Of a DNA stretch of 64,000 bases, positions 8,119-17,665 are shown in pieces. Under the pieces are notes generated by a model. The model saw only the letters and a program-made list of their open reading frames with translations, was not told the origin of the DNA and did not search any database. Position 1 is the first letter of the stretch. Each line of letters starts with the position of its first letter. A program made the position numbers and the translations under genes. This DNA comes from an uncultured Candidatus Saccharibacteria bacterium (GTDB lineage Bacteria > Patescibacteriota > Saccharimonadia > CAILAD01 > BJGX01). Location of the stretch: assembly GCA_964552475.1 (NCBI GenBank), contig CAZKFZ010000002.1, positions 70,160 to 134,159 of the forward strand, read 5' to 3'.

Positions 8119-11100
8119 TTTGTAGAAGCTTCAATTAGTTGGAGTTCTTTATCGGTCAGATCATAAAGCTTTCCAGCTAGTATATCTATCTTGTCCCATA
8201 GTTCGCCAGCGTCATCAGTACTATTTCCTATTATTCTTTCACCAATATTGATAAGTTCATTCTTAATTTTTCCCCTCTCTGGTGATATTTTAGGTATTCG
8301 AAAAAATGTTTTCACGGAAGAAATAGGAAGCAAATAGTCTTTTTCACCTGGGCTTTTAAGCAGTAGCTCAAACATATATTTATTTATTGCAGAATTCAAT
8401 AGTAGCCAGAGATAAATAACTTCTTTTTTATTTTTGCTAGCAATAATAGCAGCCCGTCCCATTGGAAAAACAATATCTTCATCAGTAAATGAAAAGCATT
8501 TTGGATTTTTGACACTCCATACTATCTTAAATTCCTGCTCAAGAACGACATAGCCCTGACTGTTCTTCGTTAGTTGAATTGCTGCTTTATCCTTAGGGTA
8601 AAAATCTTCTGTTAGGAGAATTACATCCTTCATACCTTTTGAATTAAATAATTTATAGTATTTATTTTCATCGTCGACTGACTTCAATATTTTAGAATTA
8701 TTCAAAGTGAATCCTACATCAAAATAAAAACTTGAACCGAAGTAATTAACACTTTTTGCGTGGTTATAATAAATATCCGCTATCTCAGCAGACATATATT
8801 TCGATAATATACTTTTTTGGGGGCCGCCAAGGGTGTGTATAGACCAGTTGTTGATACTCTTAATAAGTTCTTCTTTATTAACTGGTTGATAATTTATTTT
8901 GTTCAAATGGTCTAATTTACTCTTTGTGAACAGCGCAGTATATTCGCTATTTTTTTCATTTATAACAAAGAGTACAAGACTACTAGTAGGTACAGTGGAG
9001 GTAGCCGTATCCCCCTTAAACACCATATCATCAACTACCAATAATCGATTTAGAGTTTGAGTTTCTGAAACAAGGTATCGAACAACGTCAAGGTCTTTGG
9101 CGGTTAATAGGTTTTGTGGCACGATAAATGATATGCAACCCTTAGGTTTAGCTAAGCGCGTTGCCCTAGCGAAGAAAAATGCATAGAGGTTTGGCTTAGG
9201 TGGGTATGTCTTTCTGCTTATAGGGGTACTATGAAGATTAACTCCGCAATAATTGCCAACTGATTCATCAGAGCTTTTAAGATATTTAGCAAAAGTGTCG
9301 TTTGTCTTTGAAAGTGCATTAATACTTATATAGGGCGGATTAGCAATGACGATATCAAAGCCGCCATTTTCAAATACATCTGGGAAGTTGAGCTGCCATA
9401 TAAAAAAAGGCTTTACCTTCGACATTTTGAATTTCGATAGGCGATCGATTTCTTGATGCTGATTATTCTCTTTTAGTGTTTCTTCAATTAGTTCCCATTC
9501 AGTGTCATTTATTTTTGATTGTATCTTTCTTTTTACTATTTTGTCAGTACACGCAAAATAATCCTTATGAAGTTGAATCAATAAAGTACGAGTTTTTTCA
9601 GATTTACTAAATTTATCAAAGAGGCCTTGATTGTTATTTGGTACATTCTGCCTACCTTTCAGTTGGATTAACTGCTTATTAATTGACTTTAGCTGTGACT
9701 GGAGTTGATTCTGTTTGATTGGGGTCAACATGTTAGTAGAATGTAAACTCAGATACTCTCGCTGTAAATCTGCCTGCCTTAAAACTAAATTGCTCGTTGC
9801 TTCTACATCGAAATTATGGTCGCCATAAATAAGCTCATCATCGAAGAGTTTAATTTTTCCGTACTTCTCAATTAGACTGTTGCCCTGCATAATCTTAAAA
9901 TCCAAATTAGGCAAAGGTCTAATGCCTCTATTCTTTGCGTTATCATCAATCTCTTCATCAACAATCAGAGTCAAAAAACAACGCAATCTAGAAATCTCAG
10001 TGGCAATAGGTTGTATATCAACCCCAAAAATGGATTTATTTATTATTCCAAGCTTTCGAATGTAGTTAGCACTCTTGTTATCAAATTCTCTTTTTAACTC
10101 CAGGCTCGTAATACTTTGAAGTTGCTTATTCAACCACCATTTTGCGTCAGGATCCAGTATCGATATTATGTGCAAGATTTTCTGAAGCATTCCAATCGGG
10201 AACGCCCCAGAACCACAAGCTGGATCAATGACAGTTAGTTCGCTGAGGGCACCAAGCACTAACTCCACTTCCTCTTCATTTAGTTTATTGCCAATATCGT
10301 CTTCTAAGTCATAACTTACTAACGCACTAAGTTTGCTTTCAGGGACAATTGTCATTGCTGATAAAAACTCAATTAAACTATTGCTTACCATATAGTCGAC
10401 AATTTCTCTTGGAGTATAAAAACTCCCTGTACTTTTTCTTACGGTTTCACCTGTTTCAGGATTGATTCTTGCAAGAAGATTTTCAAAAACCCGCCCTAGC
10501 ATTTCAGGATCAATCGATAGCTCAGTATCTATACTAGTATTTTCGTCTACAGTAAAATTGTATCTCTCAAGAAGATCAAATAAATCCAATAACCACTTGT
10601 CTGTGATTGTTTTTGGTGAGCTATCGTCTCCATAATAATCAATTATGTCATCGCTAAAAAGGCCCCCATTTAAGTAAGGTATTAAGTCATATGGTGCTTG
10701 CTTAAATTTAGATAGCCTAGCATCCATTTCCTTATTTAGGACCTCAAAGAACAATGGTTCCAATACGCTTTTAAAATATTCTGGCTTCCTCGAGGCTTCT
10801 AATGATAGAACCGCATTTGGAATTAATGGTATGCCTTTAATGCTCCTCTTTTCCCGTAAAAACCAACAAAATATAATTCTACCAATTAACCTAACTGCAA
10901 ATTCTTGACAATCTTCGTTGCTACCGGGGTATTTTAATTCTTTTTGAATATTTTTTGCACCAACAAGGCGGTCGTATAATCTTGCAATTTCTTTATAAAA
11001 GGCATTGTTAACAACCTCAAGTGAGAATCTTTCTTGCAGCTCTTCTAGTGTGCTTACAGCACCTTTTGCAATTAGATAATTGAATGGTGTGGCCGTTTTT

Positions 11101-11507
11101 GCTCTTGGGCCTAAAACATAAGAGTAGCGCCTTGGATTTGAGAAAATTTTTTTAATCTTACCTTTAATTTCATCTATGGAAATTGAGATATATGAAAGTC
11201 TCCATTCTTGTTCACCGGTGGTCGACACATAAGCAACTAATGCTTTGTCAATGTTGTTCTCAGCCATTAGCTTGAATGTGTCTGTCGCCAACTTAACACG
11301 CACAGAAACAGTTGCATCGTGCGTAATGACCAATACATTATTAAATCTATTGTCTAAAAAATGACCTATATTGTCAGCTTTTTTAATGAGAGACGAAGAA
11401 TGTTGAATATTTTTAGATTCTGAATATAGCTCAGTTTCAACGAGCCCTGTTACAAGTTGCTTAAATGTCTGTAAATTGAATTCCTTTGATAGATCATCTC
11501 TATTCAT
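8115..11507 (-). CDS. Large gamma-class N6-adenine DNA methyltransferase (Eco57I / type IIG / BREX-PglX-like), 1130 aa
   Basis: FYTPREIVDYMV, motif I DPACGSGAFP, motif IV VIANPPYI. Long N-terminal region and a ~400-aa C-terminal putative TRD. No obvious PD-ExK nuclease motif in the N-terminus. Confidence 0.8.
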   Translation of the reverse strand: MNRDDLSKEFNLQTFKQLVTGLVETELYSESKNIQHSSSLIKKADNIGHFLDNRFNNVLVITHDATVSVRVKLATDTFKLMAENNIDKALVAYVSTTGEQEWRLSYISISIDEIKGKIKKIFSNPRRYSYVLGPRAKTATPFNYLIAKGAVSTLEELQERFSLEVVNNAFYKEIARLYDRLVGAKNIQKELKYPGSNEDCQEFAVRLIGRIIFCWFLREKRSIKGIPLIPNAVLSLEASRKPEYFKSVLEPLFFEVLNKEMDARLSKFKQAPYDLIPYLNGGLFSDDIIDYYGDDSSPKTITDKWLLDLFDLLERYNFTVDENTSIDTELSIDPEMLGRVFENLLARINPETGETVRKSTGSFYTPREIVDYMVSNSLIEFLSAMTIVPESKLSALVSYDLEDDIGNKLNEEEVELVLGALSELTVIDPACGSGAFPIGMLQKILHIISILDPDAKWWLNKQLQSITSLELKREFDNKSANYIRKLGIINKSIFGVDIQPIATEISRLRCFLTLIVDEEIDDNAKNRGIRPLPNLDFKIMQGNSLIEKYGKIKLFDDELIYGDHNFDVEATSNLVLRQADLQREYLSLHSTNMLTPIKQNQLQSQLKSINKQLIQLKGRQNVPNNNQGLFDKFSKSEKTRTLLIQLHKDYFACTDKIVKRKIQSKINDTEWELIEETLKENNQHQEIDRLSKFKMSKVKPFFIWQLNFPDVFENGGFDIVIANPPYISINALSKTNDTFAKYLKSSDESVGNYCGVNLHSTPISRKTYPPKPNLYAFFFARATRLAKPKGCISFIVPQNLLTAKDLDVVRYLVSETQTLNRLLVVDDMVFKGDTATSTVPTSSLVLFVINEKNSEYTALFTKSKLDHLNKINYQPVNKEELIKSINNWSIHTLGGPQKSILSKYMSAEIADIYYNHAKSVNYFGSSFYFDVGFTLNNSKILKSVDDENKYYKLFNSKGMKDVILLTEDFYPKDKAAIQLTKNSQGYVVLEQEFKIVWSVKNPKCFSFTDEDIVFPMGRAAIIASKNKKEVIYLWLLLNSAINKYMFELLLKSPGEKDYLLPISSVKTFFRIPKISPERGKIKNELINIGERIIGNSTDDAGELWDKIDILAGKLYDLTDKELQLIEASTK

Positions 11508-11512
11508 AGCGC

Positions 11513-14500
11513 CTATTTAAGCTCCTCGGTAAGTATGAGCATACTAGACTGGTTTCTTGACGCATCGGCTGCACGTCGAATTTTAGCTATATATTGAATT
11601 GGTATACGTTCGCTAAGGTGCTTGTATGCCTCATCTGGGGCATCACCTATAACAATATTCCTTATTAACTTTAGCTCTGAGTCTGCGAGTGCGTCTAGGT
11701 CGTAAATGGATTCAATTAAATCCTGACAATAATTTTTCTGACTTGAACTTTCTAGTTTTTCGGAAAGAATCTTCAATTTTGCAATTGCTTCTTGACGACC
11801 TTTATCTGGGACTGATTTGTGAGTATTTGTTTTGTATAAATGATCTCGAACTTCTTGGAATAATTTATGGTAATTTTCTGATACTTCCTGTCCCTGCAGA
11901 TTTTTATCCGCTTCAAACAATTCCAGCGCTAATTCAGTGTTAATATACTCAGTTTCTTCTGAACCAACTTGCTTCAGGCAAAAGACACTTGTCTCACCAC
12001 GTTTACCATAGAGAACAACACCCTTTGTTGCATTATTACTCTTTCTTCCCACCTTAGATTTATTGACTGCTTCTTGCTCTACTAAATCTAGAATTTCTTT
12101 ATTGTGTTTGAGAGAGTTCCAAAGGTTGCGGAATTTATTAATTGAACTTTCTGATTCTTCCTGCGACTTCGCGTCGTTAAATTTATCCGAGTAGTAGGCT
12201 TTCAGCTCTTCCTCGCTCGTGAGCTTTTTAGTGTCATCACCCAATAGAGCATTAAAGATGTGTACCTTTATAGTAGATATGGATTTGGTATGTGTTTCTT
12301 CTTCACCGATTTCACTCGGGAAGAAGTTGTAAATGAATAGTTCTTCATAAACCTTTTTATTTACACGATTGATTCGCCCAATACGCTGGATCACTCGAGT
12401 CGGGTTATAGGGGATGTCGTAGTTATATACGCAATCTGCTCTGTGTAAGTTATATCCTTCTGAAATTGCGTCAGTAGCAAGTAAAATTTGAAATTGATCT
12501 TCTTGCTCATCCACTGGCAGACCGGCGTCAAAGTTTTTGGCAATAATCTTTTTGGTAGATTGATTAGCTTCTTGTCCTGAATAGGTAATTATCTTGTCTT
12601 TTAGTTCAGGATCTTTTTTGAGTTGATCTGCAATGTAATAAATTGTGTCGGTAAACTCACTGAAGACGATAACCTTACCATCAGTAGTTTTCATTTTACT
12701 TTTCAAATGTTCAACAAAAGTATCGAGCTTAGGATCGACTTCTTTTGTGCTTTCATCCTCAAACCAAAGTTTCTGTATTTGTCTTAGGATTTCTCCGTCC
12801 TTGCGTAATAGTTCTATGTAGTCAGGTTGTAAATATTTAGCCTTAATAATTCGGAAATCTTTAGAATTATTTTCCGAAAGTTGTTTTTGTAACTCTTCTA
12901 TTGGGTCGGTTTCAGACAGATTTTCATCGATTTCGATTTCATCCATCAGATCATCAGGTTCAGGTATATCAAGTTTTTTGGAAATTGGCACTCCGCCAAC
13001 TTTCTCATACCAATTGATCACTAATTGGTTCGAGATGATCATTTTATTTAGAGTGCTCCTGAAAGCATTCTTTGAGCTTTCAAATCTTCTAACCAGTAGG
13101 TGGCGCATGAACTTAGAAACGTTCGATTGACCCTGCTCAAGTCTTTGAGCAATGTCATCTTCGTCATCAAATTCTTTGGCTAGTTCCTTTTTGTAGTCTT
13201 CACGACCCTCATCAGTAAAGTACTTGGTCGGCTGGTATCGAGCAGCCAGGTAATGCTCGCCCGGAACAGCTTGATCAGATTCTGGGTAGATTGTATATAA
13301 AGTATTTTTGTAAAGATCAGTTATTTCCTGCAAAGGATATTCGATGTTGGCAGGCTCGTTAACTTTGGGAAAATGAATACCCTGAGTTTTTAAGTCTTCT
13401 CGGTACTCATCAATTCTCTCGAGATCCAATCGAGAACGTCTTATTACTGCGTCTTCAATCAAGCGGCGCAGTTCTTTAGCAAGTGCCTCAGCCTTTTGCT
13501 TGATCTTTTCAGAATCCGATTTTTTATCTTTTCGCAGTTTTGAATATTCACGAATTAGTTCACGGAATGCCATACCTAGATTTTCAGCGGTTTTTAACGT
13601 TGCGGCGCCAGGAATTTGGAAGAGCTTGATTAAGGCGTATACGTCTTTTGGGTCATTATTAAATGGGGTAGCTGAAAGTAGCAATACCTTATGACCAATT
13701 GCTAATTGGTGAATATCGGTATAATCATATGTCAATTCGTTTCTAAACCTATGAGCTTCATCGATTACAATTAATTTCGGTCGCTTGTCTTCTTTATAAT
13801 ATTGGAAACATTCATTAATTTTGCCCCGACTCCAGACTTTCCCAGTAAATCCAAATTTGTCCATGTACTCCTGCCATTGGTCGCATAAATGAGGAGGTGC
13901 AATTATAACTGTGTAAAGGTCATCACGTTTGTATAAGTTATATGCAATAGTTGAGCCGATAATAGATTTGCCTAAACCAACAACATCAGCAACAATCGCG
14001 CCGTTGTAGTCGTCAATTTTTGCTATGCCTTCCTTGATGGCGTCGATTTGATATTTAAGATTACTGTATAAGCCTCCGGTTATCTTGTAGGGCATATGGA
14101 CATCGCTGTCTTCTAAGTCGCCAAAATATTCACGAAGAACCTTAATATATACGTGATAAGGGCTAGGTAATTTATATGGCCAAGTTGATTTCTTGAATCT
14201 ATCAACAATTTCTGGAGCATCGGACCTGTCAATTAAGGTGACAGCTCTTCCGTCGTTCCATTCTTTCTCAAAAGTATCGCTCCACTCTTTAATGTAACTT
14301 GGTTCAGTAAACATATGGTTCTTTTCACCCTGTTTGCGTAATCCGCTAGTTGTCAGGTTGCTTGAACCCATGATTACTAAGCCGTTAGGGAATAAAGAGC
14401 CTATGTCTGTGTCTTTCTTGAGTCTAAATACATAATATTTAGAATGCTCTTCTTCAGATGACATTTTTATTTCTAGAGTGCCGTTTTTAAGTTTTTCGAA

Positions 14501-14866
14501 TAAGATGTCCAGAGTTTCACTGCTAGCAACCTCATCAAAATCCCTTAGGCTATTAATGCTAGCGATTGAAGTTTCAATAAAGTTATCAATTTTTTCTGAT
14601 CTGGTGGCACTTGCATAGCTACCAATTTTTGATTTGAAGCTAGTCCCGTCCTGATAGTTTTTGCCAAGTTCACTTATAACCTTAGGATCCAACTCCATAC
14701 CAACAAGAATTCTAATGGGTATGTCTTTTATGAGATCCTTAATTTCTTCGAATCCGCTAAAGAAGAAATACCCAACGGCGATGTCGATTGATTCACAGTG
14801 TGGAGCAATCTTTGCGATCTCATCAGCCAAAATTCGACTATGGTTGTCGATAATCCCACTTTGCAT
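11513..14866 (-). CDS. PLD-family nuclease domain fused to an SNF2-family helicase, 1117 aa
   Basis: N-terminal HKD motif HSKYYVF...IMGSSNLTTSGL. Helicase motifs I DVVGLGKS, II LIVIDEAHRFRN, III LLSATP, and the helicase-C block LATDAISEGYNLH...QRIGRINR. First gene of the operon, followed 5 nt later by the MTase. Confidence 0.8.
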   Translation of the reverse strand: MQSGIIDNHSRILADEIAKIAPHCESIDIAVGYFFFSGFEEIKDLIKDIPIRILVGMELDPKVISELGKNYQDGTSFKSKIGSYASATRSEKIDNFIETSIASINSLRDFDEVASSETLDILFEKLKNGTLEIKMSSEEEHSKYYVFRLKKDTDIGSLFPNGLVIMGSSNLTTSGLRKQGEKNHMFTEPSYIKEWSDTFEKEWNDGRAVTLIDRSDAPEIVDRFKKSTWPYKLPSPYHVYIKVLREYFGDLEDSDVHMPYKITGGLYSNLKYQIDAIKEGIAKIDDYNGAIVADVVGLGKSIIGSTIAYNLYKRDDLYTVIIAPPHLCDQWQEYMDKFGFTGKVWSRGKINECFQYYKEDKRPKLIVIDEAHRFRNELTYDYTDIHQLAIGHKVLLLSATPFNNDPKDVYALIKLFQIPGAATLKTAENLGMAFRELIREYSKLRKDKKSDSEKIKQKAEALAKELRRLIEDAVIRRSRLDLERIDEYREDLKTQGIHFPKVNEPANIEYPLQEITDLYKNTLYTIYPESDQAVPGEHYLAARYQPTKYFTDEGREDYKKELAKEFDDEDDIAQRLEQGQSNVSKFMRHLLVRRFESSKNAFRSTLNKMIISNQLVINWYEKVGGVPISKKLDIPEPDDLMDEIEIDENLSETDPIEELQKQLSENNSKDFRIIKAKYLQPDYIELLRKDGEILRQIQKLWFEDESTKEVDPKLDTFVEHLKSKMKTTDGKVIVFSEFTDTIYYIADQLKKDPELKDKIITYSGQEANQSTKKIIAKNFDAGLPVDEQEDQFQILLATDAISEGYNLHRADCVYNYDIPYNPTRVIQRIGRINRVNKKVYEELFIYNFFPSEIGEEETHTKSISTIKVHIFNALLGDDTKKLTSEEELKAYYSDKFNDAKSQEESESSINKFRNLWNSLKHNKEILDLVEQEAVNKSKVGRKSNNATKGVVLYGKRGETSVFCLKQVGSEETEYINTELALELFEADKNLQGQEVSENYHKLFQEVRDHLYKTNTHKSVPDKGRQEAIAKLKILSEKLESSSQKNYCQDLIESIYDLDALADSELKLIRNIVIGDAPDEAYKHLSERIPIQYIAKIRRAADASRNQSSMLILTEELK

Positions 14867-15002
14867 TTTTATTTTACAACTCCATACATAATTATCTATT
14901 CTACGCTAATTACATCTGTCATTCCATAGCTACACAATGTTTTATTTAATTTCATAATATTCCTAGCTTTTAACTAGGTTTGGCGGTACCTTGTTGCTTG
15001 CA

Positions 15003-16265
15003 ATGGAGCAAGTAACAGACATAAAATACTGCCTTTATGCTCGGAAATCGAGCGAACAAGACGAACGTCAGGCCATGTCGATAGATTCACAGCTAAAGGA
15101 GATGTTGGCGCTTGCTGCCCGTGACGGTTTGAATATAGTCGAGACCAAGCATGAAAGCCATTCAGCCAAAGAATCGGGGCGTCGGCCTGTATTTAACGAG
15201 CTGTTGGAAGATTTGAGGGCTAATAAATTCAACGGTGTACTTACATGGGCACCAGACAGGCTATCACGTAACGCTGGCGACCTAGGATCGTTAGTTGATC
15301 TAATGGACAATAATAAGCTGCAACAGATCCGCACATTCGGACAGAGCTTTCGCAATACGCCAAACGAAAAATTCTTACTAATGATTCTGTGCTCACAAGC
15401 GAAGTTAGAAAATGATAATAGAGGGGTTAATGTTAAGCGAGGTATTCGCGCCAAGTGCGAAACTGGCTGGCGACCTTGCATGCCTCCGTTAGGCTACTTT
15501 ACTAGGGGAGCAAGCGGTAAAGGTAAAGACGTTATAATTGACCAAGAGCGAGCACCTTACATCGTCCAGATGTTTGAAATGTCCGCCGAAGGCAAAGGCG
15601 GCAGACACATTCGACAGTGGTTGGAAGATAATAATGTCAAAACACGTGGCAATAAATCTATACCGTTAAGTATGATTTACCGGATATTAGGGAGTTCTTT
15701 CTACTACGGTGAGTTCGAATACCCCAGGAAAAGTGGGAAGTGGTATAAGGGTCAACACGAGCCACTTATAACCAAAGAGTTGTTTGACCAGGTGCAGATT
15801 CAGCTAACAGTACCAGTAAAGACCAAATGGGGCTCGATTCCATTCCCTTATAAGCAGTTCTTGAAATGCTACAGCTGTGGATCCAGCATTGTTGGTGAGC
15901 AGAAAACTCGGCATTATAAAAATGGCAATACGCCAACATTCACCTATTACCACTGCTCAAGACAGGTAAAGCGAGACTGCAAAGAACCATTTGCCCGCGA
16001 GCAAGACATTGCAGATGAACTAAGCTTAATGTGCAACGAATTAATTACCGACCTAACACTGCTTGAGCCAGGATTGCGCGACGCAATAGATAAGTTTACT
16101 AAGATGATGAAAGTTACTCACGAAACCTATAGCCCAGATGAAATGGTGGGCGGTTATATCAAATATGTGCTACGCGAAGGCACACTTTTCGAGAAAACTA
16201 GATTAATCCGGAACCTGAATATTAAGCTCGCATTACATGATCGCAAACTTGTAAAAATTGACTAG
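15003..16265 (+). CDS. Large serine recombinase (resolvase/integrase family)
   Basis: YARKSSEQ with the catalytic Ser near the N-terminus. C-terminal zinc-ribbon cysteines (CYSCGSS...YYHCS). The track starts at TTG 14991; ATG 15003 is more likely. Confidence 0.8.
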   Translation: MEQVTDIKYCLYARKSSEQDERQAMSIDSQLKEMLALAARDGLNIVETKHESHSAKESGRRPVFNELLEDLRANKFNGVLTWAPDRLSRNAGDLGSLVDLMDNNKLQQIRTFGQSFRNTPNEKFLLMILCSQAKLENDNRGVNVKRGIRAKCETGWRPCMPPLGYFTRGASGKGKDVIIDQERAPYIVQMFEMSAEGKGGRHIRQWLEDNNVKTRGNKSIPLSMIYRILGSSFYYGEFEYPRKSGKWYKGQHEPLITKELFDQVQIQLTVPVKTKWGSIPFPYKQFLKCYSCGSSIVGEQKTRHYKNGNTPTFTYYHCSRQVKRDCKEPFAREQDIADELSLMCNELITDLTLLEPGLRDAIDKFTKMMKVTHETYSPDEMVGGYIKYVLREGTLFEKTRLIRNLNIKLALHDRKLVKID

Positions 16266-16302
16266 TAGCTTAAAAGCTTGTGCTTGTTGCTATAATGAGG
16301 CT

Positions 16303-16743
16303 ATGAAACGCCAAACGCTGTCACGCTACGACCAAATTACCGTTGATCCTCGACACGGCGGTTACAGTGATATTAGGCTTTGGCCATGTTATATGGTGTT
16401 TAGTAGCTTAATCTTGTTTCTAGCTCCGCAGATCGGTATGTTCCTCTCAATAATGCTTGTAGGTGTTCCTTCATTTTTCATCGCTAAGAAAGTAGCGGAT
16501 ATGACGACTTCGGATGAGCCACTTGTCAGATACGACATTGAAAAGTGGGTTGATGACATGATGGCGGCAGAAGACAAAGGGTTACCGTTGCCAGCAATGG
16601 AAGCTTACGCATACATAGAGCCTATTATCGTAAAACAGAAGGTCGCCAAACAACCTGAACCGATAAGTTCTAGACCTGCTTTCAAACAGATAACGATAGC
16701 ATCTAGGATTAGAACCAAAAAACCGACTCTTCAGTCGGTTTAA
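16303..16743 (+). CDS. Hypothetical membrane protein (about 146 aa) between the recombinase and the tRNA
   Basis: ATG with a GAGG SD (track ORF begins earlier, at 16258). Two predicted TM helices. Confidence 0.35.
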   Translation: MKRQTLSRYDQITVDPRHGGYSDIRLWPCYMVFSSLILFLAPQIGMFLSIMLVGVPSFFIAKKVADMTTSDEPLVRYDIEKWVDDMMAAEDKGLPLPAMEAYAYIEPIIVKQKVAKQPEPISSRPAFKQITIASRIRTKKPTLQSV

Positions 16744-16813
16744 TAGTAAATCGATTCAGCTTCTTTATCTTGGTTAAGATTTGCACCGTACGGGTCACGT
16801 TTGGTGAAAATCG

Positions 16814-16888
16814 TGGCTGGGACGGAAGGATTCGAACCTTCGATCTCTTGAGCCAGAATCAAGCGCCTTACCACTTGGCCACGTCCCA
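16814..16888 (-). tRNA. tRNA-Gln (anticodon CTG), CCA encoded
   Basis: Hand-folded cloverleaf TGGGACG TG GCC AAGTGGTAA GGC G CTTGA TTCTGGC TCAAG AGATC GAAGG TTCGAAT CCTTC CGTCCCA G CCA. Track ORF 16740..16922(-) rejected. Confidence 0.8.
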
Positions 16889-16949
16889 TTGTTGTGGATA
16901 TATGTAATATAAGAGCAACCAACAGTCTAGCATTTTTATATATTTTTTT

Positions 16950-17612
16950 CTAGCTAGCTATTATGCCAAAACCTTTGGCTAGTAAGTAGACACCAAAAAC
17001 TAATAGCATTGCCTGAATAATAGCTTTGTTGTGGCGAGTCATAAAAACTCTTAATCGCTCAAGCACACTTTTCGAACTGCCGGGTAGAACTATTGCGATT
17101 ATTAATGGAAAAGCTATCATGGTCATTACTACTGGAATAGATATAAATAAAACAGACATCTTCTCTATGCTATCTAACGAACTCACAGCAATGTCTTTGA
17201 CGGCAGGTAAAAACAAAACAATCGTACTAAAATTGGTAATCATTAATGCCGTACCTAGAGCTAAGCTTTTTGCTGGGCCTAATTGTTTGTGGTTTTTGGC
17301 TTTGTTCGCACTTTGATGTGCGGGTTTTTTAAAAAAGTTTTTAACCGCCAGAGCTAGTAGTAACAAACCTGCTACTAAATCTATAACAGAACTCACATTG
17401 CTATTGGACGGCTTAAATTGTATATTGGCAAACAAAAATATTCCAGGCACACCAATGAGCAAAAGTGGTATTATTGCCCCTACTAGGTAAGTAAATCCTT
17501 TTAGTTTGGGTGAGTCTTTGGTTGTTAAGACAGCAATCATACCAATAGTTGCAACTGGGCTAATTGCTGCACCAATCAGCAGGGGTAGTACATGTAAAAA
17601 TACTTCTTGCAT
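16950..17612 (-). CDS. Polytopic membrane protein (GAP/LysE-like, hypothetical)
   Basis: 220 aa with about 6 hydrophobic helices. Confidence 0.5.
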   Translation of the reverse strand: MQEVFLHVLPLLIGAAISPVATIGMIAVLTTKDSPKLKGFTYLVGAIIPLLLIGVPGIFLFANIQFKPSNSNVSSVIDLVAGLLLLALAVKNFFKKPAHQSANKAKNHKQLGPAKSLALGTALMITNFSTIVLFLPAVKDIAVSSLDSIEKMSVLFISIPVVMTMIAFPLIIAIVLPGSSKSVLERLRVFMTRHNKAIIQAMLLVFGVYLLAKGFGIIAS

Positions 17613-17665
17613 TTATTTATAATAACACTTTAAAACAGTTATGTTTAATTCATTATTAAATGTCT

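Larger units (their letters stand above)
1960..16813. mobile_element. Integrative element / prophage-satellite-like island at the 3' end of tRNA-Gln. The left boundary is approximate.
   Basis: Large serine recombinase next to the tRNA 3' end, phage TerS and TerL, a ParB-MTase, and a defence-like operon. Composition is patchy: the terminase/ParB-MTase part is visibly GC-richer than its neighbours. Core genes (rnpB, proB on the left; trmD, aroG on the right) flank it. Confidence 0.5.

Noticed and set aside
8115-14866. Antisense ORFs inside the MTase and helicase genes (9880..10065, 11689..11943, 13500..13694, 14661..14891) and similar shadow ORFs inside smc, leuS, alaS, metG, etc.
   Set aside because: Short ORFs embedded antisense in long, motif-supported genes. 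These are typical shadow ORFs in AT-rich DNA.
8115-14866. Calling the MTase + helicase pair a Type ISP or complete class 1 DISARM system
   Set aside because: Type ISP enzymes are single polypeptides with an Mrr nuclease and a Type I/III-like helicase. DISARM requires DrmA and DrmB, which are absent. It is therefore reported as an unclassified RM-like module instead.
16740-16922. Track ORF 16740..16922(-)
   Set aside because: It completely overlaps a well-folding tRNA-Gln(CTG).
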